Positions 8,521-21,247 of a stretch of DNA of 43,029 nucleotides are shown here, in pieces. Under the pieces are notes generated by a model. The model searched no databases. It worked only from the letters and a program-made list of their open reading frames with translations, and was not told the origin of the DNA. Where the stretch lies: sequence record NC_048192.1; one strand, written 5' to 3'. Numbering within the stretch: the stretch's first letter is position 1; every line of letters begins with the position of its first letter. The translations under genes and the position numbers were made by a program. Source of the stretch: Staphylococcus phage vB_SpsS_QT1.

Positions 8521-11500
8521 GTGGAAATAAAAGGTTTATCCGTGTTGATGGATGCAAAAGATGTCGGGGTACAACGTACGTTGCAACAAATTAAAGGTCA
8601 GTTTAGAACCTTGTCTAACGAGATGAGTCGTTCGAGCAACAATTTTAAATATAGCGAAAAATCTATGCAAAGTTTAAATCAGCGCTCAAAAGAGTTGTCA
8701 AAAGGTATATCGGTTGCTGAAAATTCGATGAAAGATATCGCGAATCAATTAAAAAAAATGTCGACAGAGGAACAACGTACGAGTGTATATGCAGAACGTT
8801 TAAGAGCGGAATATAGTAGGCAACATAAAGCCTTAAATATGTATCAACGACAATTAGCTCAAACTGATAAGGAATTAGCGCGCTTCAATGGTGCGACAAA
8901 GCGTACAGTCTTTTCTATGGAAAAGGTTAACTCTATTTTAACTACAATGCGCCGACAGTTGAATATCGCTAATATGTCCTTTGAAAAAAGTGGTAAATCT
9001 GTTAAAGGCTATCAGTCCTATTTAAACCAGTTAAATGCGGTTATCCAAAAACATCAAAATACGATTAAAATATTAGAGTCAAGATACAAAAAGGTATCGC
9101 GAGAACAAGGAGTGATGTCTAAGGAAGCGCTTGAGCTGAAAGAGAAAATACTGCAAGAAAAGCAATCCTTGTCACAACTAGACGCTCAATATAAACAAAC
9201 AACAGCAGAAGCTAAACGTTTTTCTATGGAACAAAAAACAATGACTATGTCTATGGGTCGAATTCGAGAACGGATAACGTCCGTAACAAATGCCCTTAAA
9301 ATCAGTTCAGCTAATTTTAAAATGAGCGGGCAAACGGCTTCGGCTTACAAAGCACATATTGCTGAATTGAATAATGGCATGAAGCAACAAGAGCTCATCG
9401 TTCAAAATTTAAGTAGACAGTATGACTATGCAAAGCGTCAATATGGCGCAACAAGCAAAGAGGCGCAAGAATTAAATCTTAAATTGACAGAAGAACGAGT
9501 TAAATTAAAAGATCTATCTGGCGAACTCAAACAAGCAACAAACGCACATAATAGGCTTGAGATGGAGCAGCGTCAAGGCATATCTTCGATGTCCGAAATT
9601 AGAGCAAAAATGCAAAGCTTTAATGATGTGTTGTCTTTATCTCGCAGTAATTTTAGTCGTGCAGGTGAGAGCGTTAAAAGTTATAGAACACATCTCGATA
9701 CGCTAAAGTCTAGTTTGAGCAGTCAAAGAACTGTCTTGAGAGAATTAAACGCGCAATATAAATTTGTTGCAGCAGCTCAAGGTAAAAACAGTGAAGAAGC
9801 GAGAGAACTTTCAAGCGCAATCACTCAACAAAAAATTAAGATGAATGAGCTTGAGGCCGAAATAAAAGAAACATCAAATGCATATAAGCAATTAACTGTA
9901 GCACAACAAAATGCTCAACGTTTAAGCGCAACGGGCTTTGGTCGAAGTATACAAGCTGTAGATAAATATAAGGACTCTATCCGGAATGTAGCAGGTCAGA
10001 TGCGCGCAGTCGGTACTGGCTCTTTAATTTATATGACAATGCCTGCTGTGGCCGCAATGGGCGGTGCGATTAAGACATCAATTGATTGGGAACAAGCGCT
10101 TGCAGGTGTAGCAAAAACAACAAACATGAGTGGTTCAGGGCTTAAGAAAATGGGCGATGAAATCACTTCTATGAGCAACAAAATGCCGTTTGCAGCAACT
10201 GAGATTGCCGGTGTAGCGGAAAGTGCAGGTCAATTAGGTGTTAAGAAGAAAGACATCACGGCTTTCACGAAAACAATGCTTAACATGGGTGTTGCGACTA
10301 ACCTGACAGCTGATGAAGCTGCGACGGAATTTGCTCGATTTGCAAATGCTGCAAAAATGCCTATAGCGCATGTGGATAGATTAGGTAGCACTGTCACAGC
10401 TTTAGGTAACACAACAGCCACGACAGAAGCTGAGATTGTAGAACTCGGTCAGCGCTTAGCAGGTGCAGGTGCACAAGCAGGATTTAGCGCTGATGAAATC
10501 ATGAGTATTTCCGCGGCAATGAGCAGCGCAGGTATCAATGCGGAGGCCGGCGGTACTGCAATGACGCAAATCTTTAACAAAATGACACGCGCTGTCGCAA
10601 GCGGTGGCAAAGATTTAGAAAACTTTGCTCAAACGTCAGGCATGAGTGCGGAAGAATTTGCAAATACTTGGCAAAACAATCCATCAAAAGCTTTATCTAT
10701 GTTTGTTAAAGGGCTTTCTGAGACAAAAGGTGGCGCAAAAGGTGTACTTAAAGCGCTTGATGATGTCGGCATTAAAGGCGTACGAGAAGCTGATACGATT
10801 CGTCGTATGGCAAATAATCATAAATTACTCGAAGGCGCTTTAAAAACAGGTTCTGAGGCTTGGAAAAAGAATACGGCATTGACAGATGAAGCAAGTATTC
10901 GGTATGAGACAATGGGCTCAAAACTAAAAGTGCTTAAAAACACATTTTTTAACTTTTTAAGAACGATTGGTGACGCAATAGCCCCTATTGTTATTAAGAT
11001 GTCAGATGCATTGACAGGATTATTCAAGCATCTCCAAGGCACTAGCAATGCTACTAAAATTGTGATTACTGTTTTTGCGTTACTTGCAGCATCAATACCA
11101 CCACTGCTTATTGGCGTTGGGCTACTTGCTAGCGGTATTACTAATATCGCAAGTGCCGTTAAGCTTTTAAATGGAACAAAAGGTGGCGCAGCATTTTTTA
11201 ATTTGTTTAATGGTGGGATTAACTCAGCCTTGCCTAAAATCGGGCAAATGATCACTAAAATACCAATTCTTGGTAGTATGTTTACGCTCTTAACAGGCCC
11301 TGTCGGAATTGCTGTTGCAGCAATTGCAGCTGTAGGTACAGCTTTTATTATTGCATACAAAAAATCTGAAACGTTTAGAAACATAGTAAACTCAGTCATT
11401 ACACCAGTCAAAAACGCATTTCAAGATTTGGGCAACTATCTCAAGTCATTTTGGAAAGGCATCACTCAGATTTTCAACGGAAACACAAAATCAGGAAGTA

Positions 11501-14500
11501 ATATTTTAGAGAAGCTATTGCCTAAACAAGCTGCAAAAGACTTTACAGAAACTTTAGTCTCAATTCGAGAAGCCTTTAGAGCCACAATGCAGTTTTTAAA
11601 GAGTACGACTGAAATTGTCGGTGCAGCATTGCGCTTCTTTTGGAAACAGCACGGAAACGAGATAGTATCTGTGTTTAATTTTGTTAAAACTAATGTCGGT
11701 ATAGCCTTAAAAGTTTTATATGGGGCGATTATAAAACCGATTTTAGCCGGAATTAAAACCACATTTTCTATCGTCTTTCTTGGATTAAAATTTATAGTTA
11801 TTAACACTTTTAGCGCGATTAAAAATATCGTACAAGGTGCTTTAAATGTGCTTTCAGGCCTAGTCAAGATATTCAAAGGCGTTTTTACTGGAGATTTCAG
11901 ATTAATTTGGTCTGGGATTAAGCAGATTTTTCAAGGCGCGCTAACTTTCATTTTAGGATTAGTTAAGGCGACGTTTGGCAACATGCTTATTGTCGTATCA
12001 ACAATAATGGTGTCTATTAGCAACGTGATAAAAAGCATTTTTACTGCAGCTGTTAATGTAGTTAAGCTGTTATTACGTGGTTTGGGCGTTTTTATAAAGA
12101 GTGTTTTTAATGCCATGGCTAACAATGTAAAATTTTATATGAATATTGTAAAAAATGTCATCGTGGCAGCGTGGAATTATGCTAAATCTAGAACCTTGTT
12201 GATTGTTCGTACAATGGTCGCAGCAGTAAAAGCGATTTTTAATACTTTTGCTTCTACAACACGATCTATCTTTAATAGCTTGAGAAGTTTCTTCTCTTCA
12301 ATTTTTAATTCCATAAAAAACAACGTAATCCGGTTAGTGCGGTCTATGTGGAGCGGAGTCAAAGGCATTTTTAGCACTTTATCCACGTGGACACGAAAAA
12401 CGTTTAATAATCTTCGGTCATACCTTATAAACTTGTGGAGCAATTTGCGCAATAGAGTAGTATCTATTGTACGTGATTTGTGGCGTAGGGTTAAAGGCAC
12501 TTTTACAAATTTATATAACGGTACGCGTTCTATTTTTAATCGCGTTAAGTCGACGATGACTAATATTTGGTCATCGATTAAGCGTAGTGTTACCGGAATC
12601 GCTTCAAGTTTATGGAACAGTGTTCGTCGGATTTTCAATAATATGGCTAATGGATTGAAGTCAATTATTGGAAAAATCAAGAGTCATATTAATGGAATGG
12701 TTAATTCTGTTAAGAAAGGTCTTAATAAATTAATTGATGGTGTCAATTGGGTAGCAGGTAAAATCGGTATGGATAAACTGCCGAAGTTAAAACTTCATAC
12801 AGGTACGACACATACAACTACTCACAACCTTGTAACAAACGGTAAAATCAACCAAGACACGTTTGCTACTGTTGGCGACAAAGGCCGTGGTAATGGTCCA
12901 GGTGGTTTTAGACATGAAATGATACGATATCCAAACGGTAAAATGGCGCTTACACCAAATAAAGATACGACAACATTTTTACCTAAAGGATCATCTGTAT
13001 ACAACGGCGCCCAAACTCATGCAATGTTAAGCAATTTAGGACAAACACCGAGATTTTCAACTGGTACAATGTTTGATGTTTTATCAAACAAAAAGAAACC
13101 TAAAGCACATAAACACGGTGATGAAGCGCCAGGTGATGTTATTGCGACGAAAGGTGGTGGAGGTGCCGCTGAGGCGCTACTTGGTCGCGTTGTCGATTCA
13201 GGAAAGATGTATGTAAGTAAAGCGCTTGGTGCGGTTGCAAAAGGTAAAAATTGGCTATCAAAAACAGTTGGTGACGTGCTTGATTGGATAGATAAACCGG
13301 GTAAATTACTTGATAAAGTTTTAGATGGATTCGGTGTTAACTTTGACTTTCTTAAAGGAGCCGAACTACCATACAACCTTATGCAAGCCATGTTTAAAAA
13401 ACTTAAACAAGCTACTGTTGACTTGTTTACCGGTTGGCTTGAAGATTCTGGGGGCGGTGAAGGTGGCTGGGTTGATATTTCAAAAGGTATTAACTTCCCA
13501 TTCAGTCCACACGGACGTGCTCCAGGCTATCCGTTCCCATACCCTCATATGGGTGTCGATTTAAACTATGTGTATGACAAGCTTTATTCCACTCACGGCG
13601 GTGTAGCCACAGGTAAAACAGGCTATAACGGCGGTTTTGGTAACTCGATGTGGATTAAGTCTGGCATATACGAAATCATTTACGGTCATATGTCAAAATT
13701 AGCGTGGACAGGTGCAAAAAAAGTACATCCAGGTAGCTATTTAGGGATTTCTGGTAACACAGGTATGTCATCAGGTCCGCATTTACATTATGAAATGCGT
13801 AAAAACGGTGTACCTATTGATCCTATGCCGTTCTTAAAGAGCCAAACTAAAGGAGGCAAAGGCGGTTCTGGTGCAGCGTATGCAAGCAGAATCATCAAAC
13901 AGGCTCAAAACATCTTAGGCGGAAACTACAAAGGAGCTTACGTACACGACCAAATGATGAGGGTCGCTAAACGCGAGTCTAACTATCAAGCTAATGCAGT
14001 CAATGATTGGGATATTAATGCTCAACGAGGCGACCCATCTAAAGGCTTATTCCAAATCATAGGTTCTACGTTTAGAGCAAATGCGTTAGCGGGATATAGG
14101 AACTTTAACAATCCGCTGCATCAAGCAATATCAGCAATGCGATATATCGTTGCTCGCTACGGTTGGGGCGGTTTTAAACGTGCAGGTGACTATGCTTATG
14201 CCACTGGTGGTTTAATCAAAAATTCAGGTTGGTACAATATCGCAGAGGGCGGATTCCCAGAATGGATTATCCCGACAGACCCATCAAGGGCGAGCGAAGC
14301 GATGAAGCTGATTGCTTTAGCAGCACAAGACATAGATAGACGTAAATCTGGCGGTAATAAACGACCGCACCAGTTAACTGGTGGTGGACTGACATCTGGT
14401 AATGACGATACAGCACTATTACTAAGAATGATTGAGAATCAGCAAACGCAAATCAATCAACAACAAGAACAAATGCAAGTGCTCATGCAAATTGCAGCAA

Positions 14501-14616
14501 AAGAACTTATTGTTGATGAGTCGTCAATGGAACGTGTGCACAATAAGTTCCAAGACAAACGTGAAAGACAAATTAACAGAGCCAAAAAGTTTAAGGGAGG
14601 TGCAGCCTTTACATGA
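8521..14616 (+). CDS. Tape measure protein with C-terminal M23 peptidase and lytic transglycosylase domains
   Basis: 2031 aa, GTG start 7 nt after AAAGGAGGTG. It has an N-terminal coiled coil, central hydrophobic segments and degenerate Trp-containing ~15-16-aa tandem repeats around nt 12270-12700. HMGVDL and HLHYE motifs (M23) lie around nt 13540-13800; [28 protein letters not shown] (SLT-like) lies around nt 13970-14060. Confidence 0.9.
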   Translation: MEIKGLSVLMDAKDVGVQRTLQQIKGQFRTLSNEMSRSSNNFKYSEKSMQSLNQRSKELSKGISVAENSMKDIANQLKKMSTEEQRTSVYAERLRAEYSRQHKALNMYQRQLAQTDKELARFNGATKRTVFSMEKVNSILTTMRRQLNIANMSFEKSGKSVKGYQSYLNQLNAVIQKHQNTIKILESRYKKVSREQGVMSKEALELKEKILQEKQSLSQLDAQYKQTTAEAKRFSMEQKTMTMSMGRIRERITSVTNALKISSANFKMSGQTASAYKAHIAELNNGMKQQELIVQNLSRQYDYAKRQYGATSKEAQELNLKLTEERVKLKDLSGELKQATNAHNRLEMEQRQGISSMSEIRAKMQSFNDVLSLSRSNFSRAGESVKSYRTHLDTLKSSLSSQRTVLRELNAQYKFVAAAQGKNSEEARELSSAITQQKIKMNELEAEIKETSNAYKQLTVAQQNAQRLSATGFGRSIQAVDKYKDSIRNVAGQMRAVGTGSLIYMTMPAVAAMGGAIKTSIDWEQALAGVAKTTNMSGSGLKKMGDEITSMSNKMPFAATEIAGVAESAGQLGVKKKDITAFTKTMLNMGVATNLTADEAATEFARFANAAKMPIAHVDRLGSTVTALGNTTATTEAEIVELGQRLAGAGAQAGFSADEIMSISAAMSSAGINAEAGGTAMTQIFNKMTRAVASGGKDLENFAQTSGMSAEEFANTWQNNPSKALSMFVKGLSETKGGAKGVLKALDDVGIKGVREADTIRRMANNHKLLEGALKTGSEAWKKNTALTDEASIRYETMGSKLKVLKNTFFNFLRTIGDAIAPIVIKMSDALTGLFKHLQGTSNATKIVITVFALLAASIPPLLIGVGLLASGITNIASAVKLLNGTKGGAAFFNLFNGGINSALPKIGQMITKIPILGSMFTLLTGPVGIAVAAIAAVGTAFIIAYKKSETFRNIVNSVITPVKNAFQDLGNYLKSFWKGITQIFNGNTKSGSNILEKLLPKQAAKDFTETLVSIREAFRATMQFLKSTTEIVGAALRFFWKQHGNEIVSVFNFVKTNVGIALKVLYGAIIKPILAGIKTTFSIVFLGLKFIVINTFSAIKNIVQGALNVLSGLVKIFKGVFTGDFRLIWSGIKQIFQGALTFILGLVKATFGNMLIVVSTIMVSISNVIKSIFTAAVNVVKLLLRGLGVFIKSVFNAMANNVKFYMNIVKNVIVAAWNYAKSRTLLIVRTMVAAVKAIFNTFASTTRSIFNSLRSFFSSIFNSIKNNVIRLVRSMWSGVKGIFSTLSTWTRKTFNNLRSYLINLWSNLRNRVVSIVRDLWRRVKGTFTNLYNGTRSIFNRVKSTMTNIWSSIKRSVTGIASSLWNSVRRIFNNMANGLKSIIGKIKSHINGMVNSVKKGLNKLIDGVNWVAGKIGMDKLPKLKLHTGTTHTTTHNLVTNGKINQDTFATVGDKGRGNGPGGFRHEMIRYPNGKMALTPNKDTTTFLPKGSSVYNGAQTHAMLSNLGQTPRFSTGTMFDVLSNKKKPKAHKHGDEAPGDVIATKGGGGAAEALLGRVVDSGKMYVSKALGAVAKGKNWLSKTVGDVLDWIDKPGKLLDKVLDGFGVNFDFLKGAELPYNLMQAMFKKLKQATVDLFTGWLEDSGGGEGGWVDISKGINFPFSPHGRAPGYPFPYPHMGVDLNYVYDKLYSTHGGVATGKTGYNGGFGNSMWIKSGIYEIIYGHMSKLAWTGAKKVHPGSYLGISGNTGMSSGPHLHYEMRKNGVPIDPMPFLKSQTKGGKGGSGAAYASRIIKQAQNILGGNYKGAYVHDQMMRVAKRESNYQANAVNDWDINAQRGDPSKGLFQIIGSTFRANALAGYRNFNNPLHQAISAMRYIVARYGWGGFKRAGDYAYATGGLIKNSGWYNIAEGGFPEWIIPTDPSRASEAMKLIALAAQDIDRRKSGGNKRPHQLTGGGLTSGNDDTALLLRMIENQQTQINQQQEQMQVLMQIAAKELIVDESSMERVHNKFQDKRERQINRAKKFKGGAAFT

Positions 14617-16097
14617 GGAATGAAACAATCATAGTTAACGGTAAAAAACTAAAGTGGTTGTTTGTCGAACGAGGGTTTAAAATACCCTCGTTTAACTATA
14701 CTACTACGACCGAAAAGGTTCCTGGTCGTCCAGGCACGATAAAAAAGGCTAGAGATCTTGAAGGTTATGAATTTGATGTGCCTTTAATCGTTAGAAATGA
14801 TTATTTAGCGGGTCGTAAAGACCATGACGATATTTTAAATGAAGTTGTTAAGTTTTTTGACTATGACGAACCTGTTAAGTTGCAGTTTTCTAACAAAAAA
14901 TGGTACTGGAATGCCTATTTTGATGGACCTTTTGAAATTGTAAGTAATAACGACGGCTTTATAACTTTTAATGTTCAAGTTATCCTCACTGACCCGTACA
15001 AATACGCTATTGATGGCAACCAAAACACTGCAATCAGTGACGCGGTCTCTGTGGTTAATGCAGGAACGGCGGAGACACCAATTATTGTGGAAGCTAGAGC
15101 ATTACAGAACTCTAACTACTACATGATTTCAAAAGGTGACGAAGATTACTTCATGATTGGCGATGATGATTTAGATAAACCGTTGAAAGATTATTCTCCA
15201 AATATATTAAGTGATGAGTTCAAAAGTTTTGCTGGTTGGACAAAAGTTTCAAGCGGACAAGTTCAAGATACAATATTTGGCGGTACAGTCGGCGGAAGTT
15301 TTAAGTTAGAAAAAAATAAAGAGGGTTTTGAAATAAATAATTTCCCTGAAGGAAATGGGTGGATAGGCGCTCAGTACAAACGTGGTTTTTCGAAAGCTTT
15401 AAAAGATTTCAAGGTTATAGTAAAAGGTATTGTTTATCAAAAAAGTAAAGGGGCAGGGAAAATTGCTTATCATATTTATGATACCGATAATCGCCTATTA
15501 GCTACATTAGGCTATATAAATTCTTCCGGCGGAGCACCAAATGGAAAGTTCATATTCAACTTGTTTAACCAAAGCGGGGATGAAGTAAAAATTTTAGAAG
15601 CCAGTAATGTACCTATGGTTAATAAAATAGATACTTTAATTATATATATGAGTTTAGAACGTATTGGCGATACTTTTAGATTGAAAACATGGTTGTTTAA
15701 TCACGAAAAAGACCCTAATAGAACAAAACCTCTGCAAATTGTAAATAAAACATATCAAGATAAGGGGGACTTTTATCAACGACCAGTAAGTTCAATTTCT
15801 GTTTACGAGGCTAAAAATACTAAATCAAACAAAATGATGAAAATGCACGCGTTAGGTATCTACTTGTTCGAAAAATTGCCTAAACCTGTTGGCGCAAGGG
15901 ACATGATCATCAAAAAAGGAGATTTGATTCAAATTAACACAGCAACTAAAAGCGTTGTGGTAAATGAAGAATCATTCTTATCTGAAAAAACGTTTGGTAG
16001 CGATTGGATAAATGTTGATAAAGGGCATACAGAACTCGTTATTAATCCACCTGGTATTTTTGATACAACTGTGAAATGGCAAGACAGATACTTGTAG
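14613..16097 (+). CDS. Distal tail protein (Dit) with extended C-terminal region
   Basis: 494 aa, ATGA-coupled to tape measure stop, AGGGAGGTG RBS; canonical position. Confidence 0.65.
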   Translation: MRNETIIVNGKKLKWLFVERGFKIPSFNYTTTTEKVPGRPGTIKKARDLEGYEFDVPLIVRNDYLAGRKDHDDILNEVVKFFDYDEPVKLQFSNKKWYWNAYFDGPFEIVSNNDGFITFNVQVILTDPYKYAIDGNQNTAISDAVSVVNAGTAETPIIVEARALQNSNYYMISKGDEDYFMIGDDDLDKPLKDYSPNILSDEFKSFAGWTKVSSGQVQDTIFGGTVGGSFKLEKNKEGFEINNFPEGNGWIGAQYKRGFSKALKDFKVIVKGIVYQKSKGAGKIAYHIYDTDNRLLATLGYINSSGGAPNGKFIFNLFNQSGDEVKILEASNVPMVNKIDTLIIYMSLERIGDTFRLKTWLFNHEKDPNRTKPLQIVNKTYQDKGDFYQRPVSSISVYEAKNTKSNKMMKMHALGIYLFEKLPKPVGARDMIIKKGDLIQINTATKSVVVNEESFLSEKTFGSDWINVDKGHTELVINPPGIFDTTVKWQDRYL

Positions 16098-16112
16098 AAA
16101 GGAGGTTATACA

Positions 16113-19100
16113 TTGATACATGTAATGAACTTTAAAGGTGAAATCGTTGATTTTATATCACAATCAGATAGTGCGGTAATTCAAGCGGTTCATAAACGCG
16201 ACATTAACGAGCGCATGGAAACGTTTGATTTTACGATATTGTCTGAACGTACAACTTACATGCAAGAGCGTAATCGCATCATCATTCAAGATAAAGACAA
16301 ACAGTACCGTGAATTTATTATCGATAGAATTTCAGCAGACATCGACGGTTATACTGAGGTTGAAACAGTAGCGTCCTATCTAGAAGATATAACAAAAGCA
16401 CGACCATATGCGCCTGGAAAATTAGAAAAAATGACGACTAAACAAGCGTTATCTGATGTATTGAAAGATACAGGTTGGGAAGTGTCTGACGCCACCGAAT
16501 ATGGTGGGTTACGAACGACATCGTGGACATCTTATCAGACGCGTTATGATGTGTTATTACAACTATGTACGACATATAAAATGATGGCTGATTTTTATAT
16601 AGAAGTTGGTTCGAATCGTGTGGATAAACGCCTTGTCGTTCTACGGAAACGCAATCCTTTATTTAAAGGCAAAGAAATAACATACGGCAAAGACTTAACA
16701 GGTTTGAAGCGTACTGTTGACTTTTCAGAAATCAAGACAGCATTACTGTGTGTCGGTCCTGAGCCGGAAGAAGGTAAAAAGCGTATTGAGTTAGTCGTTA
16801 AAGATGACGAATCTCAAGCAAAATATGGTTTACCTGGTCGGTATAATTGGGGCGTTTACGAACCTGAAACAGAAGACCAAAATATGACAGAATCACGATT
16901 GCGTACGTTAGGCACAACGGAATTAAACAAACGTAAGTCAGAAGTCATCACATATGAAGTAACCACTATCGATATTGAAAAAGAATACAAACACGAAGTC
17001 ATAAATTTGGGCGATATGGTACGTATTAAAAACCGAGATTTTACACCACCTCTTTATGTAGAAGCTGAAGTTATTTCAGAAGAATATGACTTAATCAGCA
17101 AAGATGTCACGTATAGCTTCGGTACGTATAAAGAATTTAAAGAAAGCGATTTGAGAAGCTCGTTCGACAGAAAATTAGACGCTATTCGACAAAAGGTAAG
17201 TGACGGTTTATCTAACGTCAATACAATCGTCAGGGAATCGCTAGAGGGAGAACTGCAGTACTTTGAACGTAAAATTTTGAAGGGTGATACACCGCCAGAT
17301 AATCCTGTTAACGATTTACTGTGGTTAGATACAAGCAATCCTAAAGTGGCTGTGTTACGTCGTTATTGGAATGGTGAGTGGATTAAGTCATCGGCTGAGA
17401 ATGCAGATGATGTAGGTGCTATAACACGTGAACAAGCGTTGTATAGTGAGCTAAACAATACATTTGTTAATTTAACTATTCAACATAGTAGATTGATGCA
17501 TGAAGTGTCTGACGTTTTAGAATCTGAATATCTTGTCGATACTGATATAAAAGAAGAAGTAAATAGCAAGTTGAACGATACTATTAGCGTGTTTAACGAT
17601 ATCAAGCAAAATCTTGACAGCATGACAAGTGAAACAGCTACAATCGGAAAATTGGTTGATACGCAAGCGTTATTTTTAAAGTATCGCGAAAAAATGCAAG
17701 CATTATACAACATTGTAGAAAACGCAAAAATTGCGATTGATGAGCGATTCAAACTTCTGCAATCCCAGTACACTGATGAAAAATACAACGAAGCGATGGA
17801 GAAAATCGCAGCCGCATTACCAGGTGGCAATTGGGACGCTGAAACTGGTCGACTAACTGGTGATATTCCAAATGAAGAAAGAATAAACGAGATTGAAATT
17901 GCTTTACAACAAAATTTGACAGACCAAATCAATGGTGCTAAACAGATTTTAAATAATCAAGTTGATGCAAAGTTGTTGCAATTAAAAGATGAAATCACTT
18001 TGTCTGTTCGTTCTGTTGATGAAAAAATTGACGGTTTAGGTGACGGTGTAAATTTGCTTGATTCATATAATTCAAGTCGTCCGCTTTCTATTAACAAAGA
18101 CATCGTTTCAACAAAATCTTTTCAAGGGAGATACTATGCTACAAATTTATATACCGCTGATTATCTAAAAACTATATTGATTCCTGGTGAGACATACACA
18201 TACTCTTATGAAATGGAAATCATAGGACTGTCTGAAAAAGAAGCGCCATATAGTAAAAAACACGGAATTATTTTTTATAGTAATACGATGGATAAAGATA
18301 GAATTTTTTCTTATAAAGACGTTGAAAGAAGCGTAGGAAACAAAATTAAGTATACTCATACATTTGTAGCGCCAGAGATTACGGATCATAGATTTGTTGC
18401 TTACGCAGGTTTTTACACTGACGATGGTACGCTTAAATATCCAATCAGTTCAAATTTAGTAGAAATAACAAAATTTAAGCTCGAACGAGGTACAAAAGCG
18501 ACACCTTTTACAGAATCGCTTAACGACAGATTAGAACCTGTAAAAATACGCACGACAAACGCCGAAAACAGCATCAAAGTGATGCAAGATAGTTTACTAC
18601 TAACAGCAACAAAGACTGACGTACAACGCACGTTAGACGAGCAATTAAAGCCGTTAAAACACGAAGTAAATGAGCAAAAAGCACAACTACAAGTCATGTC
18701 TGATTCGATTGACAGTAAAGTGAGTCAATCTGAATATACATCTAATTTACAAGGTGTGGTAGAACGTCTAGATAATGCTGAAACACACCGACAACAATTA
18801 AGTAATCAAATTGCGGATAGAGTGACGAGGTCTGAATACGAAAACGATGTTGAGCAAAGACTTGTTAATTCTAAAGCCGAAGTATTAATTGAAGCTGAAC
18901 AAACATCGAATCGTGTTTCAAAAGAAGTGTTTAACGAAAGTAGTAAAACTTTAGAAAGATATACATCAGAATTTATCAATAACGTTTCGACCGGTATGTC
19001 TTTTAATTATGACGATAACGGTAATATTCAATCGGCGAATATTGGCCCTGAGGGGATTAAAATCGATACATCAAAATTTGTCATTAATGACGGTGACGTG

Positions 19101-20372
19101 ATTGTACAAAATGGTCGTACAACAATTAAAGATGCCTATATTGATAAGTTGTTTAGTAATCAAGCAACAATAGAGTATTTAAAGGCTACTGATATCGATT
19201 TAAATCGTGCGACTGTTAGTGGCTTGAAAAATGGTGAATCAACAGTTTTAACCGGTGGAAAAATACGTTCGACAGGTTCATTCGTACGTACGTTCCCACA
19301 AGGAAGTGTTACTTATGAAGCTTTCACGGAATCTTGGAATGGCGTATACCGCGCAGGATTAATCTCGAAACAATTCGGAAATCGAAAATTAACTGATATT
19401 GAACGTTGGCTTGCATTAACAGATAAAGGGATAACGACGCAAAGAGAAATTCACAGCTTGTCCCCTGACAAAAACGGTGCTAGGTTTATAGACTTTTTTG
19501 CTGACGAATCATACAGCAGTAATGTGTTTGGACAAGGTATGCATATCTATTCCGGACAAGCTATAACTATAGAATCAGAATATGGCTTTAGCATACTGTC
19601 TAACAATCACAGTTACATTAGAACGCAGAATAGTGGTTTTGAAGTAAATATGAATGGTGGTGGTTTGGTATTAAAAAGGACCTCTCCATTTACAAGTCAA
19701 TCATTTTCAGGAGGAAGCTATGTTTCGATGAGATCATCAGATAATGTTGAGCAAGGTCATGTTGGAATCTTGTCTGATAATCGGAACATATCTTTAAGCT
19801 CATCTTTTGGTTCGGTTTTATTAAAAGGTAAAAAAGTGTTTGCTTTAGATAAAAATGGAGAAAACAGAGTTCCTATATATGCGGATTACTTTAGTGGAGA
19901 TAAATTAATCGGAAGCATTGAAGCCCCTGACACAAACGTTTATGCCATGTGTCATAGCGAATTAAGGGTTGTAAGCAAGGATGGCTATAACGGCGGAGAC
20001 ATAACATATAAAAATATACGGTTCAATTCATGGAACGCTATGTCGCATGAAAAGTTTAAACACGATATAGAAGAATGGAATTATAAAGTTTTAGACATCT
20101 ATAAAAACGAACTTCAACTTCATTCATATAAAATTAATTCGGAAGCTGGCACAGAATATTCACGAATTCATCACGGTATTATCTTGAGAGAGAACAGCAA
20201 CTTAGATCAATTCCCTGTTGAATGGCGGAATTCTGACGGGTTTGACGGCAATGAAGTATTATGGTGGAACGCTAAAGCCATTCAAGAGTTAGCGCAAGAA
20301 AATGATGATTTAAAATCTCGAATAAAAGAAATGGAAAATAAAATAGATACGATTTTGGAGGCGATTAAATGA
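16113..20372 (+). CDS. Tail-associated lysin / tail tip protein (Tal) with long C-terminal coiled-coil and receptor-binding-like regions
   Basis: 1419 aa, TTG start 7 nt after AGGAGG; N-terminal ~370 aa resembles prophage tail endopeptidase domain typical of Tal; extensive coiled-coil heptads mid-protein. Confidence 0.6.
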   Translation: MIHVMNFKGEIVDFISQSDSAVIQAVHKRDINERMETFDFTILSERTTYMQERNRIIIQDKDKQYREFIIDRISADIDGYTEVETVASYLEDITKARPYAPGKLEKMTTKQALSDVLKDTGWEVSDATEYGGLRTTSWTSYQTRYDVLLQLCTTYKMMADFYIEVGSNRVDKRLVVLRKRNPLFKGKEITYGKDLTGLKRTVDFSEIKTALLCVGPEPEEGKKRIELVVKDDESQAKYGLPGRYNWGVYEPETEDQNMTESRLRTLGTTELNKRKSEVITYEVTTIDIEKEYKHEVINLGDMVRIKNRDFTPPLYVEAEVISEEYDLISKDVTYSFGTYKEFKESDLRSSFDRKLDAIRQKVSDGLSNVNTIVRESLEGELQYFERKILKGDTPPDNPVNDLLWLDTSNPKVAVLRRYWNGEWIKSSAENADDVGAITREQALYSELNNTFVNLTIQHSRLMHEVSDVLESEYLVDTDIKEEVNSKLNDTISVFNDIKQNLDSMTSETATIGKLVDTQALFLKYREKMQALYNIVENAKIAIDERFKLLQSQYTDEKYNEAMEKIAAALPGGNWDAETGRLTGDIPNEERINEIEIALQQNLTDQINGAKQILNNQVDAKLLQLKDEITLSVRSVDEKIDGLGDGVNLLDSYNSSRPLSINKDIVSTKSFQGRYYATNLYTADYLKTILIPGETYTYSYEMEIIGLSEKEAPYSKKHGIIFYSNTMDKDRIFSYKDVERSVGNKIKYTHTFVAPEITDHRFVAYAGFYTDDGTLKYPISSNLVEITKFKLERGTKATPFTESLNDRLEPVKIRTTNAENSIKVMQDSLLLTATKTDVQRTLDEQLKPLKHEVNEQKAQLQVMSDSIDSKVSQSEYTSNLQGVVERLDNAETHRQQLSNQIADRVTRSEYENDVEQRLVNSKAEVLIEAEQTSNRVSKEVFNESSKTLERYTSEFINNVSTGMSFNYDDNGNIQSANIGPEGIKIDTSKFVINDGDVIVQNGRTTIKDAYIDKLFSNQATIEYLKATDIDLNRATVSGLKNGESTVLTGGKIRSTGSFVRTFPQGSVTYEAFTESWNGVYRAGLISKQFGNRKLTDIERWLALTDKGITTQREIHSLSPDKNGARFIDFFADESYSSNVFGQGMHIYSGQAITIESEYGFSILSNNHSYIRTQNSGFEVNMNGGGLVLKRTSPFTSQSFSGGSYVSMRSSDNVEQGHVGILSDNRNISLSSSFGSVLLKGKKVFALDKNGENRVPIYADYFSGDKLIGSIEAPDTNVYAMCHSELRVVSKDGYNGGDITYKNIRFNSWNAMSHEKFKHDIEEWNYKVLDIYKNELQLHSYKINSEAGTEYSRIHHGIILRENSNLDQFPVEWRNSDGFDGNEVLWWNAKAIQELAQENDDLKSRIKEMENKIDTILEAIK

Positions 20373-20582
20373 ATTTAGAAAACATGAGTAACGAACAACT
20401 GATTAATGAAGTGAAGTATTTAAATGCATTGATTCAAACGTTAGTAAGTAAAAACGCTGAATTAACGTTGAATTTAGCAAATTATGAAACACAAGCAAGA
20501 TTGAATAAAGATAATGAAGCGTCTGACGAATAGTTAGGCGTTTTTATTATATATAAAATTATTTTTTTAGGAGGAATTTATA

Positions 20583-20858
20583 ATGGAACAATTTACAGAA
20601 TTTTACTTAGTAGAAGTTAATAAAAATGGTGAGGAAAGCGCATTAATGCAAAACTATTCAAATAGTTTCGTTCGTGGCGCATCACCTGCAAACGCGTACA
20701 AATTTAAAGATGAGGAGCAAGTTAAAAAGGTATGTGCAATGCAAAACATGCTCGCAGGGATTTTTAACAACGGTACAAAAACGTATTACGTTAAACAAGA
20801 TGTGACGCGTACTAAATTAGATGAAAAAGGTGAGCCGTACACTTTAGAAGATGAGTAG
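20583..20858 (+). CDS. Hypothetical protein
   Basis: 91 aa with AGGAGG RBS. Confidence 0.4.
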   Translation: MEQFTEFYLVEVNKNGEESALMQNYSNSFVRGASPANAYKFKDEEQVKKVCAMQNMLAGIFNNGTKTYYVKQDVTRTKLDEKGEPYTLEDE

Positions 20859-20866
20859 GTGACATA

Positions 20867-21166
20867 ATGTTTGGCTTTATGAAACGAAGAGAGCATGAAT
20901 GGCGCATCATGCGTCTAGAAGAAAATGATAAAGATATGTTTAAAAAGTTAGATAACATTGAACATAGTCTCAGAACGCAAGAAAAAGTTTATGACAAACT
21001 TGATAGAACTTTCGAAGAGTTGAAGAAAGACAGATTGAAAGAAGAGCAAAATAAAAAAGAGAATGCTAAAAATATTCGAGAACTAAAAATGTGGATGCTA
21101 GGTGTTATAGGAACTATCGCAAGTACAATTATAATCGCTATTTTACGTACTTTTTTTGGTATTTAA
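20867..21166 (+). CDS. XhlA-like protein (coiled coil plus C-terminal transmembrane anchor), lysis-associated
   Basis: 99 aa; charged coiled-coil N-terminus and C-terminal WMLGVIGTIASTIIIAILRTFFGI membrane segment; immediately upstream of holin. Confidence 0.5.
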   Translation: MFGFMKRREHEWRIMRLEENDKDMFKKLDNIEHSLRTQEKVYDKLDRTFEELKKDRLKEEQNKKENAKNIRELKMWMLGVIGTIASTIIIAILRTFFGI

Positions 21167-21247
21167 AGGAGGTGATTACTATGTTATTCGGTTATAGTTT
21201 TTGGGCGTGTTTTTGGTTCGGTAAATGCAAACGATAATTAAAACAAG

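Noticed and set aside
10818-12680. Minus-strand ORFs of 136-197 aa (10818-11411, 11466-11876, 12177-12680) inside the tape-measure gene
   Set aside because: They lie entirely antisense within a 6.1-kb gene with strong coding signal, have no RBS, and their hydrophobic low-complexity translations are typical shadow ORFs of AT-rich repeats.
20370-20465. 31-aa ORF starting at the ATGA overlap with the tail-tip gene stop
   Set aside because: I first thought it ran 55 codons to 20533, but careful reading shows a TAA at 20463-20465. A short coiled peptide with no independent RBS cannot be supported. Coordinates near 20340-20373 also showed a 1-nt inconsistency between my reading and the ORF track.
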